A stretch of DNA of 62,612 nucleotides, counting the filler. It is 5 parts of 5 records of this genome, joined end to end, with 100 filler letters (N's around TTAATTAATTAA, not from the genome) between each part and the next. Parts side by side here need not be neighbours in the genome. Positions count along the whole stretch, not along the records: positions 26,442 to 46,578 come from SRR20825006_1934; positions 46,679 to 54,723 come from SRR20825006_1943; 3 more parts are not named here. The stretch is one strand, 5' to 3'. The position numbers were made by a program, and so were the translations under genes. Position 1 is the first letter of the stretch, and every line of letters begins with the position of its first letter. Under the pieces are notes generated by a model. That model was not told the DNA's origin, did no database searches, and saw only the letters and a program-made list of their open reading frames with translations. Below, one piece after another: positions 39,938-49,759 of the stretch.

Positions 39938-40717
39938 CTATTGCGCGGTCCAGCCGCCGTCGAGGGTAACGGTCGTGCCCGTCATGTTGCTGGCGGCATC
40001 GCCGCACAGGAACACAGCGGCACCCGCGAGCTGCTCGACCGTCGTGAATTGTCCGGACGGCTGTTTTTCCAGCAGCAAAGCCTGGGTCTCGTGCTCGACA
40101 GAGGTGCCGTTGGCCGCGGCCCGCGCCTCGATCTGGGCCACGACCAGCGGCGTCTTCACCCAGCCGGGGCAGATCGCGTTGCAGGTCACGCCGCTCTGCG
40201 CGTTTTCCAGGGCTGCAACCTTGGTCAGACCGACAATGCCGTGCTTGGCCGCCACATAAGCGGACTTGTTCACCGAAGCGACAAGACCATGCGCCGAGGC
40301 AATATTGATGATGCGGCCCCAGCCGCGCGCCTTCATGCCCGGCAGGACAGCGCGCATGCCATGGAAGGCGGCGGAAAGATTGATGGCGATCACGGCATTC
40401 CACTTGTCCACCGGGAAGTCCTCGATGGGAGCGGTATGCTGGATGCCCGCATTGTTGACGAGGATGTCGACGGAGCCGAATTTGCCTTCTGCCGTCCGGA
40501 TCAGGTCCTCGATCTCTTCCGGCTTGGTCATGTCGGCGCCGTGATAGATCACCTGGACGCCATACTCCGCTTCCAGTGCCGCACGGCCTTTCTCGATCCC
40601 GGCTGCATCACCAAGCCCATTGATGACGATATTCGCGCCTTCGGCTGCGAATGCCGCCGCCATGGCCGCGCCGATGCCGCTGGTCGACCCCGTAACGACT
40701 GCCGTTCTGCCCTTCAT
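39938..40717 (-). CDS. bdhA: D-3-hydroxybutyrate dehydrogenase
   Basis: TGSTSGIG, NNAGIQH, IASAHGLVASVNKSAYVAAKHG and LLLEKQPS; all recognised HBDH substrate residues present. Confidence 0.9.
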   Translation of the reverse strand: MKGRTAVVTGSTSGIGAAMAAAFAAEGANIVINGLGDAAGIEKGRAALEAEYGVQVIYHGADMTKPEEIEDLIRTAEGKFGSVDILVNNAGIQHTAPIEDFPVDKWNAVIAINLSAAFHGMRAVLPGMKARGWGRIINIASAHGLVASVNKSAYVAAKHGIVGLTKVAALENAQSGVTCNAICPGWVKTPLVVAQIEARAAANGTSVEHETQALLLEKQPSGQFTTVEQLAGAAVFLCGDAASNMTGTTVTLDGGWTAQ

Positions 40718-40802
40718 GACCCTGTCCCCGTATCCGTCCGTTTTTGCTGCCTCGTGCGATACAGCCATTAATGCTGCGCCGCAAGGTCGGGCAGGCCGAT
40801 GC

Positions 40803-40985
40803 CTAGCGCTTGAAAAGCGACTCAGCCGCCGAGGAAATTGACTGCTTTTCCCTGATCGCCGCTTCCACGCGCTGAATTTCCGCCTTCATGTTCTCGATAT
40901 AGAGTTCAAGGTCCTCGATGTTCCAGGTCGAAAGATCGACCGGTTTGCGGGTGACGTTCTTCGGTTCCAGATCTTCGAATGCCAT
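40803..40985 (-). CDS. DUF1192 family small protein
   Basis: DLS.WNIEDLE.YI..MKAEI.R...AAESLFK; GAGGGG SD. Confidence 0.85.
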   Translation of the reverse strand: MAFEDLEPKNVTRKPVDLSTWNIEDLELYIENMKAEIQRVEAAIREKQSISSAAESLFKR

Positions 40986-41173
40986 CTTCCCCTCTCCCGT
41001 TATCCGGTTTCCCTACAATCCGTATTCAAGCATCATAGATTCAACGAAGACTATGATTGGATCGTTCCGTATCTTGCTCTATATAACCATCATTCATAAC
41101 AATTCAGACAACCAAGAAAGAACGGATCCGTCATCCTCATGGCATACGGATAACGTGCTTCAAAGGAGATATC

Positions 41174-41740
41174 ATGGCGAATCCGCTGATGCCGAAAGCG
41201 ACGGCCGTCTGGCTGATCGACAATACGGCGTTGTCGTTTGAACAGATCGCCGATTTCTGCGGCTTGCATCCTCTCGAAGTTCAGGCCATCGCCGACGGCG
41301 AGGTCAGTTCCGGTATTCAGGGCATCGATCCGCTGCAGAACGGACAACTGGCGCGGGGCGAGATCGAGAAGGCCCAGGCAGACTCGTCTTACCGGATGAA
41401 AATCCTGGTGAGCACGCTGCCGCAGCCGAAAGCCCGCTCCAAAGGGCCGAAATATGTCCCGGTTTCCAAGCGCGGCGACAAGCCGGACGCAATCGCCTGG
41501 CTGGTCAAGCACCATCCGGAGCTGAAGGATGCCCAGGTCGCGAAACTGGTTGGCACGACCAAGGACACGATCGACAAGGTGCGTGACCGCACGCACTGGA
41601 ACTCCCAGAACATCACGGCCCGCCATCCGGTCCTTCTCGGTCTCTGCTCGCAGATCGACCTGGATCAGGCCGTGACCAAAGCAGGCGGCACCGTTGCCCC
41701 GCCGGAAACCCAGCTCGAATCGATTTCCGAAGTGCCCTGA
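41174..41740 (+). CDS. trcR: DUF1013 family cell-cycle transcriptional regulator TrcR
   Basis: PLMPKATAVWLIDNT.LSF.QIADFCGLH.LEV, KPDAIAWL and RTHWN. Confidence 0.88.
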   Translation: MANPLMPKATAVWLIDNTALSFEQIADFCGLHPLEVQAIADGEVSSGIQGIDPLQNGQLARGEIEKAQADSSYRMKILVSTLPQPKARSKGPKYVPVSKRGDKPDAIAWLVKHHPELKDAQVAKLVGTTKDTIDKVRDRTHWNSQNITARHPVLLGLCSQIDLDQAVTKAGGTVAPPETQLESISEVP

Positions 41741-41757
41741 CATTTCGGAGAGACAGG

Positions 41758-41788
41758 AAAACGGCCGGTCATTTGACCGGCCGTTTTT
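41758..41788. terminator. Bidirectional intrinsic terminator
   Basis: AAAACGGCCGGTCA-TT-TGACCGGCCGTTTTT. Confidence 0.85.
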
Positions 41789-41808
41789 CGTTAGACAGCA
41801 CTTATCGC

Positions 41809-42486
41809 TTATTCCAGGGCTCCGTCGCTGAACGCCGCCATATGAAAAGCCAGCTGTGGCGTGCCGTAGATATAGCCGCGGCCAACGGGGCAGGCCCGGC
41901 GGGCCAGGCACGAGCCTTCAAGGCATGCGTCCCCCTCGCCGGATTTGAGATGGGAACGGCACGCCTGCACGTCATAGCCGCGTTCCGAGAATGCGGAAAC
42001 CGGACATGTCGCGAGGCAGGGCCGGTCGGCGCAGTCTTCGCAGGGACTGCGCATCTTGGCGTCAGCCGAAGCCGGCAGATCCAGAGCCGCCTCGAACAAC
42101 AACGCTCCCCTGTATCCATGCCAGAGACCGTAGACGGGGTGGATCAGGATACCGATCGGCGACGGAAAAACCGGCTCGGCCCGCATCGCCCATTGCTGGA
42201 ACGGCCGGTAAGGCGGCCCGTCGGACGGCAGCACCGCCTTCCCCCCGAACAATCCGGCAACGGCGCCCAGCACCTCTGCGCTCCAGCGATCCAGCGGGTC
42301 TGCGCCGGCTGGCCGGTTTGCGGAAAATTGCCCCCACATCCCCGGCCCGGCATTTCCGACCAGAAGAACCGTTCCGACTGATTCGCCCCCGGCAAGCGCC
42401 ATTTCCCGCGCATCCGGATGAAATCCACCACGCAGCAGCAATCCATGACGCGCGAGAGCCGCCGCGATCCTGTCGCAGATAGTCAT
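41809..42486 (-). CDS. Conserved ferredoxin-domain protein (QueG/MMACHC-like N-terminal motif)
   Basis: PFQQWA, SPIGILIHPVYGLWHGYRGAL, CEDCADRPCLATCPVSA and CLEGSCLARRACPVG. Confidence 0.75.
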   Translation of the reverse strand: MTICDRIAAALARHGLLLRGGFHPDAREMALAGGESVGTVLLVGNAGPGMWGQFSANRPAGADPLDRWSAEVLGAVAGLFGGKAVLPSDGPPYRPFQQWAMRAEPVFPSPIGILIHPVYGLWHGYRGALLFEAALDLPASADAKMRSPCEDCADRPCLATCPVSAFSERGYDVQACRSHLKSGEGDACLEGSCLARRACPVGRGYIYGTPQLAFHMAAFSDGALE

Positions 42487-42703
42487 CGGATCCTCCCCCG
42501 GTCACTCCAAGCCATGATCAAAATCGCCTATTCCCGACCCAGTGTCCCGCTGCCGACATACCTGCCGACAGAGCCAGCCGAAAACATCCGGCAACGCCTT
42601 ATTTTCATTGCTCCCGGGCACCGACTTGGTTTTATCCTTTTCCCGACAAAATTACGGGACCGGGAAAAAACCAAAACCCGTTCGGTGGAGAGTATGGCCA
42701 AAT

Positions 42704-43705
42704 ATGTTCGACGACCCAAATGACGTCCCGCTCACCATCGATTTCTTTCTGACGCCGAACTTTTCGCTGCTTCCGTTTACTGCCGCCGTAGAGCCTCTGC
42801 GCTCGGCCAACCGCATGGCCGGAAAAACGCTGTATCACTGGCGCGTGCTGAGCGAGGACGGCAATCCCGTACAGGCCAGCAACGGCGTCGAGGTGAATAC
42901 GGTCGGAACCCTCTATGACCTGAGCAATTCGGACGCCGTCATTGTCGCCGCCGGTATCGACGCCCAGCACTACAAGAACGACCGGGTATTCGGCGCCCTG
43001 CGCCGGCTGTCCCGCCAGGGGGCGGCCATCGGATCGGTCTGCACCGGTGCCCATGTCCTGGCCCGGGCCGGGTTGCTGGAAGACCGGCGTTGCACCATCC
43101 ATTGGGAAAATCTCGGCGGCTTTACCGAAGAGTTTCCCGAAATCGACGTGACTTCGGACCTGTTCGAAATCGACCGGGACCGTTTCACCTGCTCCGGCGG
43201 CACCGCCGCCCTCGACATGATGCTGCACCTGATCGCCAGACAGCACGGCTTCAAGCTGGCGAACGAGGTCTCGGAACAATTCATACACGACCGGATCCGC
43301 GAGCCACACGACCATCAGCGCATGGAACTTCGCGCCCGCCTCGGTGTCAGCCATCCAAAGCTGATCAACGTGATCGCCGAGATGGAAGCCAATCTGGAAG
43401 AACCGCTGAGCCAGACCACGCTTGCGGACAAGGCCGGGCTCTCGACCCGGCAGCTGGAGCGATTGTTCCGGAAATATCTTTCCAGTACGCCGACCCGCTA
43501 CTACCTCAATCTCCGCCTGCAGCGGGCCCGCCAGCTGCTGGCCCAGACCAGCATGTCCATCCTGTCGGTGGCGCTGGCCTGCGGCTTCGTCTCCGCCAGC
43601 CATTTTTCGAAATGCTACCGGGAATGTTTCGGCCGGACTCCGCGCGCCGAACGGGCGGTGCGGCACGACGCGCCGACGCTGGTCATGCAGAAGCTCGCGG
43701 GTTAA
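42704..43705 (+). CDS. GlxA-family (DJ-1/PfpI plus AraC) transcriptional regulator
   Basis: EPLRSANR, CTIHWEN, TCSGGTAALD, LSTRQLERLF and CGFVSASHFSKCYR; ATG at 42704. Confidence 0.92.
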   Translation: MFDDPNDVPLTIDFFLTPNFSLLPFTAAVEPLRSANRMAGKTLYHWRVLSEDGNPVQASNGVEVNTVGTLYDLSNSDAVIVAAGIDAQHYKNDRVFGALRRLSRQGAAIGSVCTGAHVLARAGLLEDRRCTIHWENLGGFTEEFPEIDVTSDLFEIDRDRFTCSGGTAALDMMLHLIARQHGFKLANEVSEQFIHDRIREPHDHQRMELRARLGVSHPKLINVIAEMEANLEEPLSQTTLADKAGLSTRQLERLFRKYLSSTPTRYYLNLRLQRARQLLAQTSMSILSVALACGFVSASHFSKCYRECFGRTPRAERAVRHDAPTLVMQKLAG

Positions 43706-43804
43706 TCCCCACGCGTTACCCTGCCTAATTGCATCGCAACAAAATCTCGTTTGACCTCAAAGGTCTCCGGACGCACATCTAGCCGGCATATAACGGGATA
43801 CACG

Positions 43805-44485
43805 ATGACGACCTTTACTTCGACCGGCATGCGCAAGGGCGCATTTATGATCTGGCCCATCGCCGTCAGCGGTTTCTTCTTTGCCGTCGCGGTCGGTGTG
43901 ATCGGGCGCAATGTGGGAATGAGCTGGCTGGAAGCCGTCACCATGAGCGGCTTCGTGTTCGCGGGTGCATCCCAGGTTGCGATCGTCAATCTCTGGCAGG
44001 ATCCACTGCCACTGTTGATCATCGCCATCACAACACTCGGCATCAATTCCCGCATGCTGCTGATGGGCGCATCGATCCGGGAATGGTTCGAGCCGCTGCC
44101 CCGGCATCTCACCTGGATCAGCCTGTTCTTCCTGACCGACGCGAACTGGGCCGTCGCCATTTCGGAGCGCCGGAAAGGCGCGACGGATGCCGGAATTCTG
44201 CTCGGCTCCGGTATCGCGCTCTGGTTCAGCTGGGTGCTCGGTACCGGGCTCGGCCATGCACTCGGCGCCGCGCTGGACCCGAAGGCCCTCGCCTTCGACG
44301 TGCTGCTGCCGGCCTTCTTTGTCATCATGATCAAACCGATCTGGACCGGCAGAAAGCAGATCCTGCCCTGGGCCGTGGCCGCCGCCGGTGCCATCCTGGC
44401 CAACGAGTACGTTCCGGGCGAAGCCCATGTGGTCATCGGCGGCATTGCCGGATCCCTGGTTGGAGGGCTGCTCCGTGAACGCTGA
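43805..44485 (+). CDS. azlC: AzlC-family amino-acid exporter permease
   Basis: MS..VFAGASQ, NSRMLLMG, LTDANWA and W..GT..G. Confidence 0.85.
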   Translation: MTTFTSTGMRKGAFMIWPIAVSGFFFAVAVGVIGRNVGMSWLEAVTMSGFVFAGASQVAIVNLWQDPLPLLIIAITTLGINSRMLLMGASIREWFEPLPRHLTWISLFFLTDANWAVAISERRKGATDAGILLGSGIALWFSWVLGTGLGHALGAALDPKALAFDVLLPAFFVIMIKPIWTGRKQILPWAVAAAGAILANEYVPGEAHVVIGGIAGSLVGGLLRER

Positions 44486-44807
44486 GTTCCTCGCCCCCTA
44501 TCTCGCGTTCGACTGGACCGCGATGGTCGCCATCCTGCTGATGGGGCTGGTGACCTATTTCACCCGGATCGGCGGCTTTCTGATGATGCGCTGGGTGCCG
44601 GAAGGCGGCTTCGTGTCCCGCTGGCTCGCGGCCATACCGGGGGCTGTCCTGGTGGCGATCCTGGCGCCGACGATCTGGCATACAGGCTGGCTGGAACGCG
44701 CGGCCCTGCTCATTGTCGCCGCCCTCTCCCTGATCGGTGCCAATCCGCTCGTCGCCGTGGCTGTCGGCACCGCCACCGTTGCCGCGGGCCGGGCATTCCT
44801 GTTCTAG
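44475..44807 (+). CDS. azlD: AzlD-family small membrane subunit
   Basis: MGLVTYFTRIGG and IPGAVLVAILAP; GTG at 44475 overlapping the azlC end. Confidence 0.8.
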   Translation: MNAEFLAPYLAFDWTAMVAILLMGLVTYFTRIGGFLMMRWVPEGGFVSRWLAAIPGAVLVAILAPTIWHTGWLERAALLIVAALSLIGANPLVAVAVGTATVAAGRAFLF

Positions 44808-44876
44808 CCATACCGGAGATTGCCAGTCAGGGCCCGGATCGGGCAGAGTTCTGGCTGACACAGGATAGGCAAACGC

Positions 44877-46103
44877 ATGCAGACCGAAGAAGCAGAGCTC
44901 CTCGCTCTGGCAGAAGATACCTCTGCTGACGGCACTGACCGCACAGCCGTCCTGATCGATCTGTCATCGATTCCCCATATCAGCGATCCGATTTTCTTCC
45001 GGACGCTGATCGCCCGCATCGATGTCGTACCGGCGAACGGCACGTCCCGGATGTACCGGCTATCCCACCATATTGTTGCAGTCGTCGCGCCGGACGATCA
45101 GATCCACCTGGCCATACGTGCCGTGGAAAAGCTGGATGCCTTCCTCAAGCGCAGCGGGCGTGGGACGGCACGGCACCAGGAACTCCGGCTCGCAACGGAA
45201 TCCGGAAAGATCGCGAAAATCTGCCGCAAGCTGATGGCTCAAACAGGTCTCACGCCGGATCGCGGGAAGGATCAGGGCGAGCTGGCGAGTTTCATGCGGC
45301 TTTTCGAATCCCTGCGGAACGCGGATATCGCCAACCTGGTGCGGGAGCAGACGATCTGGAATCTCTCGCAGCTCCACGAACCAAAGGCACAGGCCAGCGC
45401 ACTGACCGTCTCGATCGACGCGCTGGACGATATGTTCGGGCAGGATATCCGGGCCAATCCATGGCTCTTTGAAAAGGTCATCGAGGTTATAGATATCCGC
45501 ATGCTCGACCACCTTGTGGATGACCGCCTGAAAGCCGGCAAGACCTACACGGTGAACGTCAACAGCACCGTGGTGATCGAGGGAGAGCTGGACGAGTCCT
45601 TCGCGGCCATTCCAATGACCACCCGCAAGCGCATCCTGCTTGAAGTTCCCTATGTCGAGGCGCTGCACGAGCGGGCCGACTTCGACCGCATGGTCACAGC
45701 ACTCGAACACGAAAAATTCCCCGTCGCCCTGGACGGTATCCGCTGGTCTTCCCTGCCGAAACTCGAAGTGCCGCCGGACCGCTTCGCCTATCTGAAGGTT
45801 ATGTGGGACCGGCATCTGACACCCGTAAACGAAGCGGATTGGGCGGCCTTTTCCGCCTCCGTGACAAGGCTCGGCCCGGAGCGTTTCATTCTCTTCAATT
45901 GCGTGGACGAGGCGGCGATCCCGGATCTGATGACACTCGGCCTCACCTTGTTCCAGGGCCGGGGCGTCGAAAATTTTATGCGGCAGGAACGGATCGTATC
46001 CCTGCATGCCCGGGACCATGCCGAACAGACGGAACGCCTTGCAGACGAGACCAGCCGCACCGGTCGCCAGAAAGGAATTCTCGGCCAAATTCTTGGCGGA
46101 TAA
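44877..46103 (+). CDS. Degenerate EAL-domain protein
   Basis: EAL-barrel landmarks in order but eroded: REQTI, VNVN, LLEV, VALDG, YLKVMW and LFQG; no ExL or DDFGxG. Confidence 0.6.
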   Translation: MQTEEAELLALAEDTSADGTDRTAVLIDLSSIPHISDPIFFRTLIARIDVVPANGTSRMYRLSHHIVAVVAPDDQIHLAIRAVEKLDAFLKRSGRGTARHQELRLATESGKIAKICRKLMAQTGLTPDRGKDQGELASFMRLFESLRNADIANLVREQTIWNLSQLHEPKAQASALTVSIDALDDMFGQDIRANPWLFEKVIEVIDIRMLDHLVDDRLKAGKTYTVNVNSTVVIEGELDESFAAIPMTTRKRILLEVPYVEALHERADFDRMVTALEHEKFPVALDGIRWSSLPKLEVPPDRFAYLKVMWDRHLTPVNEADWAAFSASVTRLGPERFILFNCVDEAAIPDLMTLGLTLFQGRGVENFMRQERIVSLHARDHAEQTERLADETSRTGRQKGILGQILGG

Positions 46104-46221
46104 CATTCCTCTGTCGGCCGCGTTTCAGCTGCGGCAATCTGGAACTTGATTTGCGCGCCACGGCCATCGACCATACGGTCAGGGAAACACTATAAAAAAC
46201 GATATCAGGGAGGCTCGGAAT

Positions 46222-46578
46222 ATGGGCCAGTTTGACGACGTCTATCGGCACTCTCTCGACGACCCGGAAGCATTCTGGGGCGCGGCGGCCGAAGACATTT
46301 TCTGGTTCAAGCGCTGGGACAGGGTGCTGGACGACAGCAAGCCGCCCTTCTACCGCTGGTATCCCGGCGGTGTGACCAATACCTGCTACAACGCTCTCGA
46401 CCGGCACGTCGCCGAAGGACGCGGCGATCAGGCCGCCCTGATCTATGACAGCCCGGTTACCGACACCAAGCAGACTTTCACCTACAGCGAGCTGACCGAC
46501 AAGGTCGCCGCCTTTGCCGGTGCGCTCGCCAAACACGGCCTCGGTTATGGCGACCGGGTGATCATCTATATGCCGATG
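46222..46578 (+). CDS. prpE: Propionyl-/acetyl-CoA synthetase, 5' part (cut by contig end)
   Basis: SLDDPEAFW, NTCYNALDRHV, ALIYDSPVT and GDRVIIYMPM. Confidence 0.8.
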
Positions 46579-46678
46579 NNNNNNNNNNNNNNNNNNNNNN
46601 NNNNNNNNNNNNNNNNNNNNNNTTAATTAATTAANNNNNNNNNNNNNNNNNNNNNNNNNNNNNNNNNNNNNNNNNNNN
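46579..46678. other. Artificial contig linker
   Basis: N44-TTAATTAATTAA-N44. Confidence 0.98.
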
Positions 46679-46679
46679 T

Positions 46680-46739
46680 CTGGAGCAGGCGCGGAAGCTT
46701 TTCGCGCAAGGGCATGTGCCCGATGTGCCTTTCTTCTGA
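46680..46739 (+). CDS. 3' end of the gene upstream of addB (a nucleotidyltransferase is usual at this position)
   Basis: LEQARKLFAQGHVPDVPFF*; identity inferred only from the usual gene order. Confidence 0.35.
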   Translation: MEQARKLFAQGHVPDVPFF

Positions 46740-46762
46740 GGTCCGGTAACAAGGGAGGCGGC

Positions 46763-49756
46763 ATGAGTGTCGGCGGGCTCTACGCCATCGAGGCGACGGA
46801 CGGTTTCGCCGACACGCTGGCGCGGGGGCTCTGGCATGAGGCAGGAGAGGATCCGATGGTCCTCGCCCGGATGTCCGTCCTGGTACCGACCCGCCGTGCG
46901 GTCCGTACCCTTCGCGAAAGTTTTCTTCGTCTCGGCAATGGCCGTCCGATGCTGCTGCCCGCGCTGCGTCCCGTTGGCGATATCGACGATGACGAGGCGG
47001 GATTCAGCGGGCTGGACGGTGCCGCTGCTGCCGGTGATCTGCCGCCTGCCATTCCGGGTCTGCGTCGCCAACTTCTGCTGACTCAGCTGGTTCAGCGTTT
47101 TCTTGAACGCAAGGACAGCGGCACCGCTATCCAGGCCGCCGGGATCGACCATGCGGCATTGCTGGCGGGCGAGCTCGCCAACTTTCTCGATCAGGTCCAT
47201 ACCGAGCAGGTACCCTATGCGGGCCTCGCCGATCTGGCGAAGGAGCGTTACGCATCGCACTGGCAGGAAGTGCTGGAGTTTCTCTCCATTGCCACCGAAT
47301 TCTGGCCGGCTCTATTAGCAGAGGAAGGGGCGGTGGAAGCACCGCTCCGGCATTCCGCTCTTGTTGATCGGCTCTCGGCACGCTGGGCGGAACAGCCGCC
47401 GGAAGATCCTGTCATCGTCGCCGGATCTACCGGTAGTATTCCGGCCACCGCACGCCTGATGGGCGCGGTGCTGGACCTGCCGCTCGGTGCCGTGGTGCTG
47501 CCGGGGCTGGACCGGGATGCGGATGAGATAACCTGGGCCGCCATCGGACAGGACCCGGGCCATGCACAGCACGGACTGGCTCATCTATTGAAGAGTCTCG
47601 GCCGCGAGCGGTCGGATGTGCGCGAATGGCCGGCATCGGGCACCGGTGCCGCGCGGTCGCCGCGCCGCCGTCTGATTCAGGAGACCCTGCGCCCGGCGGA
47701 GACGACGGAGGCCTGGCGGCGGCTCCCGGAAGAGCATGCGGAGCTTCTGTCCGGCGGTATTGACGGCCTGTCCATGCTGGCCTGTCCCGGCCATCACGAG
47801 GAAGCGGAAACCATTGCCCTGATGCTCCGCGAAGCATTGGAGGACGAGACCCGGACGGCGGCGTTGGTAACGCCCGACCGGGTGCTGGCGCGCCGGGTGA
47901 AATCGGCGCTCCGGCGCTGGGATATAGAGGTTGACGATTCCGCCGGCCAACCGTTGGCGGCGACGGGCCCGATGACCTTCTGGCTGGCAACCGCCGAAAT
48001 GGCGGCCACCGCCTGTGCCCCGGTGCCGCTGCTTGCGGCGCTGAAACATCCGCTTGCCGCAGGCGGTATGGAGACCCCACGTTTCCGCCGCCGGGTCCGC
48101 ACATTGGAGCGCACTGTCTTGCGTGGCCCGCGCCCGGCGCCGGGTATCGAGGGACTGCTGAATGCGGTGCGCGACGCGTACTCTGAAGAGGAACAGCAGG
48201 ATGCGCTTGACTGGATCGGCAGGCTGGCGCCATCCGTCACGCATTTCTCGGAACTGCTGGACAGCGACGCGACCTCCCTGATCGATCTGCTTTCCGCCCA
48301 CAACGCCGTGGCTGAAACGCTGGCGGCAACGAATGAGGAAACCGGCGACCGCAGGCTCTGGGCCGGAGAGGCGGGCGAGGACGCAGCCAACTTCCTTGGT
48401 GAGCTGGTCGAGGCCGTGCGTGACTTCCCGGCCATAGAGGGCCGGTCCTATGGTGCGTTCCTGGAGGCCTTGCTGGTCGGCCGGGTCCATCGTCCGCGAT
48501 ACGGCACGCATCCGCGTCTGGCCATTCTCGGCCCGCTCGAAGGCCGGCTGCAGCAATTCGATCTGATGGTTCTCGGCGGGTTGAACGAAGGCACCTGGCC
48601 GCCGGATCCCGGCGCCGATCCCTGGATGAGCCGCCCGATGCGGGCCGAGTTCGGTCTGCCGTCGCCGGAGCGCCGCATCGGTCTTTCCGCGCACGATTTC
48701 CAGATGGCGGCTTCGGCGCCCCAGGTGGTGCTGACCCGGGCGGAGCGGGTCGATGGTGCGCCGACTGTCGCGTCGCGCTGGTGGCTGCGTATGGAGACGG
48801 TCCTCCGGGCATTGAGCCTGCAAGACAAGATCGGCCGGCAGGTGGCCGCCTATCCGTTCTGGCAGCAGGCACTGGACGCACCGAAAAAACTGGAGCCGGT
48901 TCGTCCTCCCGCGCCCTGCCCACCGGTCAAGGTACGGCCACGGCGGTTCTCCGTCACGGAGATCGAAACCTGGGTGCGCGATCCTTACGCGATTTATGCA
49001 AAGCGCATTCTTGGCCTGAAAAGTCTGGATGAGATCGACGAGGATCCGGGAGCTGCGGACCGGGGCACGATGATCCATGATTCGCTGGATCTGTTTGTCC
49101 GCGAGTTCCCGGAAGAGCTTCCGCCAAAGGCCCTGGATCGATTGCTGGAGATCGGCCGGGAACAGTTCGCTCCGGCCATGCTTCGCCCCTCGGTACATGC
49201 CTTCTGGTGGCCGCGCTTCGAGCGGATCGCGGAATGGGTCATGTCTATGGACGGCCCGCGCCGTGCCGAACTTTCCCGGATCTGGACCGAACGCAAGGGG
49301 CAGATCATGATCCGCGGCCCTCTCGCACCGGTCGAGCTGACCTGCAAGGCGGACCGGATCGAACGGCAGGCAGATGGTAGCTACGTCATCGTCGATTACA
49401 AGACTGGGGCTCCACCGACCGACAAGCAGGTCCGGGCTGGGCTTTCTCCGCAGCTTCCGCTGGAAGCGATGATGCTGGCCATGGATGGTTTCGCGGAAAT
49501 TCCGGCAGGTGCCATCGGTGCGCTGGAGTATTGGCGGCTGAGTGGGGGGGAGCCAGCAGGCGAGCGCAAACCCCTGAAAGGCAATCTGGAAGAGCTGATC
49601 GAAGAAGCAGAAGATGGGCTGCTGAAATTGATTGAGGCTTTCGATGACCCCGTGACGCCCTACCGATCCCGTCCTGCCCCCGAACACGCCCCGCGCTATT
49701 CCGACTACGAGCATCTGGCCCGGGTCAAGGAATGGTCTGCGGCGGGGGAGGTTTAG
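46763..49756 (+). CDS. addB: Double-strand break repair protein AddB
   Basis: VPTRRAVR, AGSTGSIPAT, LVTPDR.LARRV, DPYAIYA and a RecB-type nuclease (KADRI..VDYKTG..QLPLE). Confidence 0.93.
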   Translation: MSVGGLYAIEATDGFADTLARGLWHEAGEDPMVLARMSVLVPTRRAVRTLRESFLRLGNGRPMLLPALRPVGDIDDDEAGFSGLDGAAAAGDLPPAIPGLRRQLLLTQLVQRFLERKDSGTAIQAAGIDHAALLAGELANFLDQVHTEQVPYAGLADLAKERYASHWQEVLEFLSIATEFWPALLAEEGAVEAPLRHSALVDRLSARWAEQPPEDPVIVAGSTGSIPATARLMGAVLDLPLGAVVLPGLDRDADEITWAAIGQDPGHAQHGLAHLLKSLGRERSDVREWPASGTGAARSPRRRLIQETLRPAETTEAWRRLPEEHAELLSGGIDGLSMLACPGHHEEAETIALMLREALEDETRTAALVTPDRVLARRVKSALRRWDIEVDDSAGQPLAATGPMTFWLATAEMAATACAPVPLLAALKHPLAAGGMETPRFRRRVRTLERTVLRGPRPAPGIEGLLNAVRDAYSEEEQQDALDWIGRLAPSVTHFSELLDSDATSLIDLLSAHNAVAETLAATNEETGDRRLWAGEAGEDAANFLGELVEAVRDFPAIEGRSYGAFLEALLVGRVHRPRYGTHPRLAILGPLEGRLQQFDLMVLGGLNEGTWPPDPGADPWMSRPMRAEFGLPSPERRIGLSAHDFQMAASAPQVVLTRAERVDGAPTVASRWWLRMETVLRALSLQDKIGRQVAAYPFWQQALDAPKKLEPVRPPAPCPPVKVRPRRFSVTEIETWVRDPYAIYAKRILGLKSLDEIDEDPGAADRGTMIHDSLDLFVREFPEELPPKALDRLLEIGREQFAPAMLRPSVHAFWWPRFERIAEWVMSMDGPRRAELSRIWTERKGQIMIRGPLAPVELTCKADRIERQADGSYVIVDYKTGAPPTDKQVRAGLSPQLPLEAMMLAMDGFAEIPAGAIGALEYWRLSGGEPAGERKPLKGNLEELIEEAEDGLLKLIEAFDDPVTPYRSRPAPEHAPRYSDYEHLARVKEWSAAGEV

Positions 49757-49759
49757 GCG

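Noticed and set aside
39941..40771. 276-aa plus-strand ORF mirroring bdhA
   Set aside because: Codon-for-codon antisense of an SDR gene; no SD or domain motifs.
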